Positions 13,931 to 26,719 of a stretch of DNA of 64,000 nucleotides are shown piece after piece. The translations under genes and the position numbers were made by a program. Below the pieces are notes generated by a model. That model did no database searches, was not told the DNA's origin, and worked only from the letters and a program-made list of their open reading frames with translations. Each line of letters starts with the position of its first letter. The stretch's first letter is position 1. Source of the stretch: Sphagnum compactum (Eukaryota); NCBI GenBank assembly GCA_965153455.1, contig OZ234493.1, forward strand, positions 33,346,213 through 33,410,212. Reading direction: 5' to 3'.

Positions 13931-14542
13931 GGTCTTGCCTACCAAAAGGCAAGAAGGATATTGTGTTTAGATTCATTATTAACCCTTCAATTGTATGGAA
14001 ATACACTGAAAAGTGAACCAAATTGGTCCGCCCTGACATTTAGAGGTTAAATCTTGGGTGAGGAATGAGGAAATCTAATACGAAATGGCCTCTTCCGAGT
14101 GATCATCCCATCCCATCCGAACCCCTACGCGCCCCTTTCCCTTCCAATCGCATTTGCATCAAATTCAAGACAAAAATTATGGCATATTGGAACAACACTA
14201 AATCCGAATTTTAAAAAAAACAAAGGTTGTGTCACACACTTGTGGCCTTTTCATTTTACATGAAAAAAGTATTATGAAATTTCAAATATTTCACCATGCA
14301 AAAATATAATCTTCTAAAAAAAAAATCCTCTGAAAGAAACCCAAAATCCTTCAAGATATCACAACTCTATTATTATTATATAACTAATCTCGAGTGAGTT
14401 TCAACACAAGCCAAAACATCATCTTTCAAAAATCCTCGTATAAGAATAGAGACCTGCTACTACCCAAGGGTCAAAGTCCTTTAAAGCTAATATACTCTAT
14501 AGTGAATCTAAACACAATATCCTTGCCTACCAAGGCAAGTCC
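13931..14542. mobile_element. Non-autonomous element with inverted, hairpin-forming ends
   Basis: Perfect 22-bp inverted repeat 13954-13975 / 14503-14524, each next to a CTTGCCTACC-AAGGCAAG hairpin. The right half recurs inverted at 61194-61490. Confidence 0.6.
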
Positions 14543-14906
14543 TGCCAGCAGCCCGCCACCAGAGGGGAGGGAAATTATGCGAAGCCTTCTTGTGCCAGTC
14601 TGGGGCAGGAAATTATGCTCGGGGATGACCCATGTCCTCGAAATTGCAGAAATTTTGCAAACCAATCTTCGAGGAAGCTGGTCCCCCCAATTTTTTACAA
14701 ACGGATTTTTCGGAAAGTAAGAATTCAAATGATCTTCGAATCGCTTATTATTTTGGTGGGCAGAGACGCGTGTCGAGGTTTGTACTGTAGTAGTGTACAA
14801 GGTTTCATATTAAAATAATTATAAGAAAAATAAAATTCAGGACTTTTGAGAAATTATTAGAGTTGTACTTTGAGAAATAAAAAAGAAACCTTAGTAATTT
14901 CTTAAA

Positions 14907-15118
14907 GGAAATTTTAAATTCACACCTTTTTTGGTTAAATTCACACCCTTTCTTCGCACGTCCGATTATATGCAGATTAAATTTGAGGGTGTCTGCCCTA
15001 CCCCCCTGTAATCAGTACGTGCAACGCAATAGAAGATGGAGTTTAGTCTGCATATAATCGGACGCGCGAAGAAAGGGTGTGAATTTAACCAAAGACAGGT
15101 GTGAATTTAAAATTTTCC
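14907..15118. mobile_element. Mutator-like MITE (212 bp) with ~75-bp TIRs
   Basis: GGAAATTTTAAATTCACACC...TCCGATTATATGC is inverted against GCATATAATCGGA...GGTGTGAATTTAAAATTTTCC. Flanked by a near-perfect 9-bp direct repeat, TTTCTTAAA / TTTCTTAAT. Confidence 0.8.
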
Positions 15119-15516
15119 TTTCTTAATTGTTATGTCAGGATTCTCTTAAGAGAAAAATATATTAAATGTTCGGCCATCAAAGTGCGGAACTTGCTAGGAT
15201 ATCACGGTAATAAAATATGTGCCTTAGAAATAACCCCCCCCCCCTCTCTATTTGCGATGGGTGACCTTTTGTTTTCGACTTTATTGTGACGGGCAGGTTT
15301 TGAAGGAGGATGTAGTTTCTCATTTTGAGAAGGAGGACAACAGTAAATCGGCAAAAGTAGTAGTGTCTGTTTCTTTTTTTTTTCCTTGTCTGCCCTCAGC
15401 CCAATTTTATCTTTTTTGAGAAAAAGATGGATGGATGGATGGATGATGATGATGCACAGACAATTAAAATTTGGATCCTGTTATGCAAACTTTGAGTGTG
15501 CATAACAGGATCCAAA

Positions 15517-15547
<31 letters not shown>

Positions 15548-17253
15548 CACAGGCAATTAAAATTTGTGTCTGGGCAGCTCCAAGATGTGTCTGGTCAATG
15601 GGTCGTCACCAGACACATCTTGGTTGGGCAACTGGGGTAGTTGCGGAAAAAAAAAGAAGCAAACAATACTTTTGTACTTTGTCTGTGTGCAATAAGGACC
15701 CACTTCTGATTTCATACATCCCCACATTTTGGGGGGAATGTTTTCCAGATTTTATTCTGAATTGTGACTTAGTTTTTTTGAATTTTTTCCCCTAAACATT
15801 TCTTGTTTTAACCGTTGCCGGTTTGAACTTGCCATAAAGGGCGGATAAGACATTATGTATGTGCCATTAAATTTTCCCCGAAAACTTTGTATCGTGTTTT
15901 TTTTATTGTAAATTTGACTAATTTCTGGCGTTTTTTAATAGCATAAAATTGGGGAAATTTTATTTTATTTTGTTATGCGCTTGCTTTGAATTGATTAAAA
16001 ACTTTATTTCCTTTCCATTGAGACATGTGTTTCAATGTTTTTTTTTATTTTGACAAATTTTTGAAAAAAAAAAAAAAAGCCCGTGTGATGACACATATAA
16101 CCTATGAGGCTGTGTTTGGCGGGGGGAAAAAAATGGCCCACAGTTGGCACATTATTATGAGGATTATTTTTGAAATTGTCACATTTAGACAACGGGTTCT
16201 CGCATGTCGACAAAATATAGCATGATGATGATTCCCAAAACTTTTTCTACTTTCTTTTCTGACTTGTAACCAAATTTGGCTAACTACTCTTGTGGATGAT
16301 CACCAAACCACCTACCTAACAAAATTTGAAAACAGATACAAGAAAAGGCTTTTGGGGGTGGGGGGGGGAAAGGCCCCCAAAATCGCCACATTATGAAGAA
16401 TTGTTTTTGAAGTCGGCCATTGTATTTAGACAATAGGTTGTGGCATGTCGCCAAAAATATAACATAATTCCTAAACATTTTTACTTTCCTCCATAAGAAC
16501 AATAGAGAAATTTGTGAGTCCTCTTGTGAATAATTGCCAACCCAGGTTCCCCAAACCTCAAGAGAAGAGAATTTTTTTTTTGAATAAATAAATAAATATA
16601 AATATAAATAAATAAAAATTATTTGAGTGTTTTTTGAGTTGGGGAGCGAACTGAAAATACAAAGGAAAAAAAGTGGCAGTGCTTTTTATGGAGGGGGTGG
16701 GAGAGAGATATAACTCTTTCTTTGATGACATTGGACACTAATTGTAAATAGTTAATAGTAAAAATAGGAGAATATTAAATTTCGTCATGTGGACAGCTCA
16801 CTAGGGGCAAAAACAAACAAAAATGAAAAGAGTGGGAACACGCAGACACCCTGCAATTCACCGGGTGCCCAGTAAGAAGAAGAAGCCGGCCAGCAAGAGC
16901 GCGTGAGAGAGAGTACGAGAACGAGAAAGAGAGCTCGCGCCGCAACGAGACGACGTGTTTGCTACTTTGCACGTTGCGCTGCCTGGAGCGATAGCCTGAA
17001 TCTCGTTCGGAAATCCTCGGCGTTTTGTCGGCCTTGTTAGATATCTACCTAGTCTTTTTCCAGATCGCACTGGAAATTCAAGAAACGGAAGAGATTGCAC
17101 CTTTTTTTTTTGGGCGCTTCAGGAGGTGATGCAGCGGGAGCCAAAGGCTTAGGAGCTTTTGTGAGGGGTTTCCCGGCGTTGTTATTCTTCTTGCTCTGTC
17201 AAGAAAGTTTCATTTTCTCTTCTGCATTTATTTTTCCAGTTCTGTGCCTCGCC

Positions 17254-18924
17254 ATGAATGACTTATTGTCGACGTTTTCGGGCAGGAAGACCGGGGAAGG
17301 CTATGATGATGATCTGGAGACGGGACCTAGTGTGCAGATGACAGGCATGGCGGCGGGGGATAAAGACTTGTCGCGGTTCTTTGCGGAGATTGAGAAGATC
17401 AAGAAGCAGATGGACAGGATCAGGGAACTGCTGGTGAAGCTCCAAGAAGCGAATGAGGAGAGCAAGGGTGTGCATAAGGCACAAGCGATGAAAGCACTGC
17501 GAGACCGCATGGATGCCGATATTGCACAAGTGACAAAGATTGCACGCTCAATTAAAGCCGAGCTTGAGGAGCTTGACAGGGGGAATGCCGCTAACCGACG
17601 CGTCAAGGGATGTGAGGAGGGAACGCCGACTGACCGCACTCGCACAACCATCACTAACAACCAGCGGAAGAAGCTGAAGGATCTGATGGGGGAATTCCAA
17701 GCACTGCGAGAAAGGATGATGGGAGAGTACAAGGAAACCATTGAGCGCAGGTTTTTCCATCACCAGAACTCACTCCCTTTTCTGTAACATTTATGGAATG
17801 ATGGAACATAATCAGCTCTGTTTCTAGGCTAATGTTCTTCTCTCAAGTGTGTTCTCCCGCCACTGCAAACCGTCTCCGTAAGGTTTTCTTACGCTTTTCA
17901 ACTCATCTCCAGGCATACATTAGCTGCTCAAAGAGCAGAAAACGGTGTCTTCATATTTGCCACTTGCTGCTGAAATCAATTCCACCATGTCCAAAATTTC
18001 TGGACATGGATTCTTTTTCTTTTTCTCTTGCATTCATTCATGACCTAATGGTTATCTTCATGTCCTAATGGTTATCCTCATGACCTAATGGTTATCTCCA
18101 TTTTACTGGAAGTCTCCAGCTGTGAGATTAGCTGAATCTTTATCCTGTCTCCAATCCCTATTTTGTCAACCTTCAAGCTCCGAAACTTGAGCTGTTGATC
18201 AGAACAAGAAAGAATATTACTTCAAGGTTTAACACAGATGGGGCCTAGTTTGGTCTGTCACAATGTGTCTGCAAGGGTTTGGAAGAAAAAAACCCTAGCT
18301 GGATGTCGTGTGCCTATTGTGCCCCAGAAATTCTCATGCAAAAGTTTCCATGGATTTTGAATCTTGGTTACATTGCCACAATCTTCCTTGGGCCTGTTTG
18401 CAATTTGTATATATACTTGATAGCAAAAAAAGTCACAGCAATGCATGCCGCAACTGCCATGCAGGAATTCATTAGTACCTGTTGTTTCATGTCACAGGTA
18501 CTATACTGTCACTGGGAAACAAGCAGATGAGGAGACAATAGACCACATCATTGAGACTGGAGAAAGTGAGACATTCTTGCAAAAGGCCATCCAGGAACAA
18601 GGGCGAGGGCAGATCATTGAAACAATCAGAGAGATACAGGAAAGGCATGACTCTGTAAAAGAAATCGAGAAGAGTCTGCTAGAGCTTCACCAGATCTTCA
18701 TGGACATGGCAGTGCTGGTTGAGGCCCAGGGTGAGCAGTTGAACAATATCGAAGCACAGGTCAACAGATCTGCCTCATATGTTGAAAGAGGAACCACTCA
18801 ACTGAGGATTGCCAAAACACATCAAAGAAGTGCTCGCAAATGGACCTGCATAGGCATCATTTTGCTCATAATCCTGGTTCTCATTATTGTCATCCCTATC
18901 CTGAAATCTGACAAAGTAATCTAA
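17254..18924 (+). CDS. SYP12: Qa-SNARE syntaxin of plants, SYP12 type (SYP121/124/125-like), 307 aa; exons 17254-17750 and 18498-18924
   Basis: MNDLLS start, Habc domain, ERR|YYTVTG across a GT-AG intron, [21 protein letters not shown] motif [34 protein letters not shown] and a C-terminal TM helix. Confidence 0.95.
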
Positions 18925-21549
18925 GAGGAAGCTTGTTCTGTTGAGTATGTATCCAACCCTCGCCCACCTCTTTTGAGATTATCAGTTGTACCAAGAATAT
19001 TAGGATCTTTCTTGTGACAGTAAATCTATCAGTTCTCAGTCATCTTCTTGTGAGGAGATGATTGTGTATCTCAGCATTTGTCCCAGTTCTTACAAGCAAA
19101 TGCTCAATTCTGATTGCAAACATAGATGCTTTCAAGCATCTTCAATAAGACAAAGTCTAAGATATGAACTTTCAAGGTTCCTATGCTTTGCCTCCTGTTT
19201 ACTGATCCCTATTTGTGCAACTGAGGGGGCTGCCCCAATGTATAAATTCAAGAAGATATAAAGATTTTGGTCAAATGCCAACTTTCTATGTACTCTTTTT
19301 GTTCAAGTCAGTTTTCTTTTCATATGTGAGCTAATATAGTGATGCTCTAATAATGTGCTCATGCATTTGAAGATGCACGTCTTTGCAGACAATAGGGGCT
19401 TATAAGTAGGAGTCAGAAGCTTTTCGATGCATGCTGCCAAATTAGTTGACTGGTTTGTTTGAGGCACATAGATTCAAAGCTCAGTTGCCTCTGTTGCCTC
19501 AGCAAAGAACTGTGCTGAGCTAGCTAGAACTGTGCTATGGTGAAGAAGTGACCTCATGACTAGCTAGCATACTGAATACAATTTTCCACTCATGTCTGAT
19601 TGGAACTGTGATTTGATGGCTCACAATGTTTGAGCTTCGATTTGGGCTTGATGTCAGCAGGCCACCTGAGAGTTCCAGTTTTGTGTCCAAAGTAACTCTG
19701 CTTTGAGGTATACCCAACAAACTCCTGCTCACTTTTCTGCTGAGCATTGCTGTAATAGAGAAACATGATGAATTTGGGTAGACTGTCTCTAGAAGCAGAT
19801 CTCAAGGTGAAATGGCAGACACCATTATGTCCCACTTACTCATTCTAGAAGGTTGTCTAGGTGTTGGAACCTCTGTGGCAGATTGATATCAACAGAACAA
19901 TGATGTCTAACACATGATGCAGATTATGTGAGGTCAATGGATCTTCCCTGGCAGTAGACAACAGCCCATGATCCTTTTCTGTTTCAGTTAAGTGAAAGTT
20001 CAAAAATGTGGGCTCCATGCAACTCATGGAAGGTTAAAGGTCTTAATAGTATGTAGGCACTGAGGAAAAAATTGGAGCTGAGATCCTGGGGGGCCAAGAA
20101 TTGTTAAGTAACTGATCCCTTCTGGTAAACTTAAGACCTTGGGACTGGTTGCTCTGTTAAAATGAGAGAAGATGAGGATTCCAACCTTCTTCCCTACAAC
20201 AATCCATACACCATATCCTCAGGTGCTTTCGATACACATCTGACCCTGTATGTAGTCCCTGCACAATGTCTGTTAAGATTATTGTGGTCTCCTGTTTAGT
20301 GATCTATCTGAGGCTGCCTGCTTAACTTCCATGACAGCCTGCTCATGTCCTTGTTGCTACTGCTGTTAAGTTTTCCAGTAACTGTGGATGTGGGTGTGGT
20401 GTTTTTTGCAAGGGCATTGCAGGAAGCAGCAGGGCGCATGCAGTGCATGCAACCTGGCTCAACACATGGATGAGTGAATGGCTGGATCTGACAGGTGGTA
20501 GGACCTGGATTGCCATCTGGAGAACATAGCACTCCCAAAAGTCTATACTTCAACCCACAAGTTTTTTCTGGCTTCTCTGTGTTGAACAATTGGAATGAAA
20601 GAACTTCACCAGTTGGTGTACGCAATGAATGCATCAAGGAGATGGGTACAGAAAGATGGTAAGTGAAGATAAATTTGTTCAGGGGTTAAAGTTCCTTGAA
20701 TTGCTTGGATGATCCGGGAAGTACTGTTGATTGTATCACCACCTCCCTATTCAGGTGCTGCGTTCATGTACCTATAAGCGATCTCTTTGTATGTATATGC
20801 AATTGCCTCTGCCTGTCTCTATTGCTTCTTGATGTTCTCTCATGACACATGAAGATTGTTTGTTCTCTAAGGTGATTGTTTTTGAGATTGGGGATTGTGT
20901 CTCACTTCCGTAGGAGTAATTTCCTTTGGCTATATGGCATGGTGTGTAAGAAGTTAGGGTCCCCAAAGGTACTTCACAGGAGCTATCTCCACTGACACCC
21001 CCCTATTTGGGCCTCCACCGGTGTTCACAACATCCAAAAAGAGAGTGTGAAGTGATACACCAAACACATACATGCATGGCATAATATGATGTTGTGGTTG
21101 AGCTAAAAAAGGCAAAAAAGGAATTAAATTTAAAAATTGAAATTTAATGTTTGTGTAGTTGTTAATGGTCTTTGATCCTTCAAACCTTCATAAAAGGATT
21201 GCTTATGAAAAGTCCCATCTTAAAAACTCAAATTCATGTTATCTGTACGTTAAACTTAGAGTAGCTCCTCCTCTGGAACCCCGTTATTTGGGTCTCTCTA
21301 GTGTTTCTCAGATTCAAGATGACTTACTAATTATTCCTCAATTCTCACCCATAAACATGAAAATTGAAACAACAAAAGATAGGAGATTATTATTCAGATA
21401 AAATCACTTGGACCAATTGTTCTATTTGACAAGCAAGAAAAATCTATTATACTATGTATTCATTGGATTCTGTAGACATACATTGGCCATAATTGATTGT
21501 CATGAGAAACCAAAAATTTAAATATTGCATCTGCAAAATTATTGTCACT

Positions 21550-21623
21550 GGCCTATTAGCTCAGTTGGTTAGAGCGTCGTGCTAATAACGCGAAGGTCAC
21601 AGGTTCGAAACCTGTATAGGCCA
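21550..21623 (+). tRNA. tRNA-Ile: tRNA-Ile(AAT)
   Basis: GGCCTAT/ATAGGCC acceptor stem, A-box TAGCTCAGTTGG, anticodon loop CT-AAT-AA, T-loop GGTTCGAAA, followed by a TTTTT Pol III terminator at 21625-21629. Confidence 0.97.
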
Positions 21624-22897
21624 ATTTTTGGTGCATAATTTCTAGCTTTTTTGGTGCATATTTCACACTCATTTCACCTTCTGTGTACAGCTTAAGAAGT
21701 TTTGTTTATTCTCTCTCTGCAGCAGACCCACCCTGGAAGGTTTCTGTCTGTACAACCAACCCCCTCCAACACCAGTGCGAACAATGAGGAAGCTTCTTCA
21801 CTCACAATTGGAAGAAATGCAGGGATAGTGACAAAGTCTTGAGCCCATTTTCCAGGTCAAGGGACCTTTCAAATTGTTCACTTATGCAGTTCACAAATTG
21901 ATACCCAAGAAGGGTGGGTCAGTTTGCAGCAACGGTTTTCCCATTGTGCAGGAATTGAGTGGCACAGACAGCACTTGCCCATGCCCAAAACAACCCCAAT
22001 AAACACAAGAAATAGGAACTAGAGAGGTGGTCTGCACCATTGAACTTAGAAGCAAGTTCTTTTAATTGATTTCTGTTTATAAAGAACTGCCATCATTTTC
22101 CCTTCCTTTGTATTATTCCATGTTTCATTACATGGGTGAAGGGTCTAAATGTAGACCCTTCTCCTATACTAAAAATCTCCTTGCCCTTTGGTGCTTTTCC
22201 ATGTTTTGTAGGGTTAGGTGCAACATGGTCAATGACTGTATTTCTCCTTATGGAGACACAGTGTACCTACTAACTTAACAGCTACATTGTGTCCCCATAA
22301 GTACCAATAGTCTTAAAATTGTTGGCACTGACTCTTTCACTATGTGACAGCAAGCTTATACAGGTGCAATGCTTTCTTCTGGCAATCTGAAAACCCCCTT
22401 CCCAGTGGCAGCATCCTTGAAACAAGAGAGATCGATGAAGTTGCAGACAAATCTCCACAACAACAATTAAAGGTAACACGACAATGAGTGCAGTCATAAC
22501 CTCATGAGAGTCGCTCACAAAGTGACAGACCATCACCTTGAAACAAGATGTTAACTTCAAAGTAAACCTCACAAACCAAACTCTAGAAACATGACCAGGA
22601 GTTCTTCTGAAACCTAATCTACTCGTGACACATCTCAATTCATCAAAGCTTTTGGACAGTGGATAATCACTGAATTCCAAGTCAGAAATGCTTGCCTTTT
22701 CCCAATTTATGTCCATCATGTGCAGTTAGTTGAGCTACCTTTAGTCCATCATGAAGCTTGCAACTAAGCAGAAAACCTTTGGTTTCTCAAATCACTCAGA
22801 ACAGGTTACTGGGATGTCTTCTTGTTGCTGGTGCTCTGATTTGGAATTCGGACAGGTGTGACTGGATGTTGGGGGCTTGTTGCAAGCTTGTCTGCAA

Positions 22898-23720
22898 CTA
22901 CTGTGCTGGTTCAAACAAACCCAACATATGGCCATCCAGACATCGCACTGCTGCCACCTGCATGAACCCAGTAGTCTCCTGTTTCTCAAATTTAAAGTGA
23001 GATAAGGAACCCTAGAATTATGAAAGGGAAAAAAAACCCATCAGGGCAAAATGGGTTTGTTATATAACTAACTGGCAGGTGAGTTGTTTTTTGCTATCAA
23101 GTCTTTGGATTTCTTCAACATTTTACCTTGCCCTGAGGCTGATGTTTGATTGCACCATCAAGCTCCCCACCCATGGATAGCAACCTCATCACAGTGCTGT
23201 CCATATCTGTCACATTGAAAGACAAGAATGGCGAATACCCTTTGGTCACCTGCAGATCACTGCCCTAAATCACACACAAGAATATAGTTAATCTTGGCTC
23301 CCATGCAACAACAGCCTCTCTTGCAATGATTGAGGCCACACTGCATGTTATCAAGAATTGTCAGAGGATTCTTCTAAGATGTACAATTAGGGTTTGACAC
23401 TCTTTTTATCTTTTCGAAGCTACACAATCTTCTACCTGTGGCCGGCCAAATGAGAAAAAGATTTCCAATCACTGAAAGAAGAATATCTTCAGAGCCAAGT
23501 ACAAGACAGGTTTTGCCCAGCTGAAAAACTGGGAAATCAAGCGAGAGGGCGGTGTGTACTACCTTGGAGCTTGCATGAGGGCAATTTTGCAGGGGCCAGA
23601 TTGAAGCTCAGCCCACCTAAGAGTGCATACATTGACGGCCAGCCCCAACCCATGTGCATAAAACTGAGCTGCTTTCGGAACATCAGTGTGCAAGAGTACC
23701 AGATACTTGAACACTGCCAT
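22898..23720 (-). CDS. VOC / glyoxalase-bleomycin resistance fold protein (lactoylglutathione lyase family), 116 aa; exons 23720-23563, 23259-23127, 22957-22898
   Basis: Spliced product MAVFKYLVLLHTDVPKAAQFYAHGLGL..RWAELQSGP..GYSPFLSFNVTDMDSTVMRLLSMGGELDG..GKVAAVRCLDGHMLGLFEPAQ*. The pattern is typical of VOC proteins and the splice sites are canonical. Confidence 0.9.
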
Positions 23721-25379
23721 CTCCAATTTTTTCACAAACAAAAAGAAAACCCTTGCAACACACCTCAGACACACACAAATTTCTTCAACCCTAAGTTTTG
23801 TCGCTCATAAGTGTAAACCCTAAAATTGTTTGACATTTACAGGAAAGGAACTGTACATGCGCAGGGATGGGAATCCATCCACAAGAAGCACAAGCCTGCT
23901 ATTGCCCACAACCTTGGGATTACATGGCGTAAAAATTGATGATTTGTTTTATTTTATTTTATAACATTTTTCATGATACTTGTTGATTACCCACCAGGTA
24001 CCATTGGAAAAAAAAATTAAAAAAATAGTGTGAAACGTTTTGTTTTAAAAAATGTTTCTCAAATTCTTATGCTTAATAAGCGTTCCTCCAATACACTATG
24101 AATCTTGTCATAGGTTTCTATCAATGTTGGGTGCATATGTAATTTTAAGGATACCCTCCAAACAAAGTCCAAAAGAAAATTATAATCCGTAAAACCTAGT
24201 GTTCTTTTTACATATGGGCATGCTTAACATTTGTTTAAATATAAGATGCCTTACAAACAACGATCCAAACATGTGCATAACAAGCATAATCAAATTTGAC
24301 ATCATTTTTCATGCAAAAATACATTCAAAAACAATGTGTGGGTGAAACTTTCATAACAAGCATTGTGTCAAAGTCTAATAAGAAAGGTCATAAAATTGTT
24401 TCACCTAACATAAAAAATTAATCTAAATTCTAATCACCTCAATTATTACAAAATGGTTACAATCTACAATGCATAATGATTAAATAGTTACAATTATAAT
24501 TGTTGCAACCCACCTTGAATGAAAAAGACACATTTTGAAAATCAAAAGTTGGAGTTGTTCATGTTGAATGTAACCATTGTTATTCACTACATCAAAATGT
24601 GTCCTGCTTCACTCTGAGTTTCATCATATTTTGAATGAATTTGAACATTTTTATCATGGTGAAACTAATCAACCCCCTAGTGATCAAGGACCTTACTACA
24701 TATAGTGAATTGGTTCACTAGTACCTAGTGAAACAAGGTTACTTTCAAATGAAATACAAATTTATCAAATCATTCACTTGCTAATTATTTAACTAGGTAA
24801 CATGGAAATCAATTAAATTTAAATTATTTAATACATAATATTATTGATAATTTCATGATTATCAACCTATGAGTTATTGACACGTGTCATTACCTAGGCT
24901 ATGTTAAAAACCTAACCTAAGTACATAGGCCACATACTCAACCTAAGCACATACTCTAGGAAACTAAATAAGAAAATATTCGATCAACTTACCATTATTG
25001 ATCACGCACACACCACTTGTAAAGTTTGATCCTTTGATTTTTAGAATGATGACAAATACCCGGACCATCAAGCCATCCCACTTATTGTGATAATATATTC
25101 CATTGCATTCTATTTATCAAATATTTTACTTTAAACATTATAAAAACATAAACTTTAAAAATTCATATTTTATTGAAATTTTGTCCAAATGAAATGATTC
25201 AAGTTTACTTTTTTTTTAATTCAATAATGTACATAATTACATTTATTTCCTTTTGAAAGTGTAAAATCATTGAACAAAAAAATTTGAATATCATTATTTA
25301 TTAACACTTCAATGACCATTCTTCTGGAAATTTTTTTTTTAATAAATGGATAAAATTTTTGCTAATATAATAATATTAC

Positions 25380-25780
25380 CTATGTTAGGCTACTTTCAAC
25401 TATTATAGGACTAATTTTCACTAATCTAAATTATTTCACACTACATTATTTACAGATATTTATGGCTATTTTCAAAAAAATTGGCTATTTTTGGATATTT
25501 CACCTTAAGCTATTTTTGGTTATTATAAGTTTTTTTTATTATTTTATGTTAATTTTGGCTATTATAAATTATTTTATTTTAGTTTATTTTTGATTATGTG
25601 AGGTTACTGTTGGTTATTTTTGGCTATTGAAAGTTATTTCACTTTATGTTATTATTGGCAATTTTAGGCTATTGTAAGTTATTTCACCTTACATTACTTT
25701 TATTTATTGTATATTATTTCACCCTATATTATTTTTGGCAATTCTAAGCAATTCTAAGATATGGCTATCGCTGGTTATTG
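25380..25780. repeat. AT-rich low-complexity array of GGCTATT / TTATTTCAC motifs
   Basis: Many degenerate copies visible. Confidence 0.55.
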
Positions 25781-25959
25781 GTTGAACTTGTAAAAATCAT
25801 CTCCAATTTCTAGTATTGTATGCATATAGCATCACATGTGTATGAATGAGGACATGCCCACCCATGTAGTTTTATTTCTTTTTTTCCCTCAACAACTACC
25901 CATTAATCAAAGCTTCACATACCTTGGTATATGTCTTTACAAATATCCACCCAACACTA

Positions 25960-26270
25960 GTTTTTATGTGGAGGCAAAAATGGTGACAAACACAATTAGT
26001 AATAGGAATTTTATGCAACCAATGAGGTTAAACAACATGCACCCAAGAAGACCTTGAGGCTTTCCCTTTTGGGGCATGGGAAGGAATGTGGTTTGAATTT
26101 TTTTTAAATCATGGTGTTTTCAATATGTTTCCCTTCCTCCCTTTCTCCCAATACTTAGTTCCTTGTCTATGTTTTCAACTTGATCCTCCAATTGTTCTTC
26201 AAGTTGCTTTCCACATGATTATGGTTCCATCAGACTCTAAGCCATTCATTGTAAACTACCAAAAAACCTA
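25960..26270 (+). repeat. Dispersed repeat; second direct copy at ~28130-28400
   Basis: GGCAAAA(A)TGGTGACAAAC...ATGCAA(C/T)CAA...CATGCA is shared between the two sites. Confidence 0.55.
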
Positions 26271-26719
26271 AAATATATACCATATTACCTTTACCATTTT
26301 GGCATCTTTGTGATGATTTTTTAAGTTTAATTTTTTTTTTTTTCACTTTGATAGGTAATAAGAAAAATCTGATAAATTCCAACAATTGAGGTGGGGGAAA
26401 AAATGCCAACCACTTTTTCATTACTTAGACACATTGCACCACCAAGCTTGAGGGCATGCATTCAATAATAATGTTCAACAAAATTTAAATTTTTTTGACA
26501 TTGTGAACAATTGATTTGGAAAAAAATTGATATTTATCGAGCAAAATTTAATTCACGCTGAAGCGATAATGGTATTACAATAATTGAAAAATGGTCTAAT
26601 GTGAATCCAATGGTTTTTTTTTTCAATTTTGTGATGTAATCTAAATGCCAATCATTCATAACAAGATAAAGCCAAAATCATCTAATCAACTATAATAATG
26701 CATGCATCTTTATTTATTT

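Noticed and set aside
17095-17253. N-terminal extension of the syntaxin from the ORF track
   Set aside because: It starts at a non-ATG codon, MNDLLS is the canonical start, and the region looks like 5'UTR or intron (TTTTTCCAG at 17239).
22282-22719. 145-aa minus-strand ORF downstream of the VOC gene
   Set aside because: No recognisable motif; probably 3'UTR or intergenic chance ORF.
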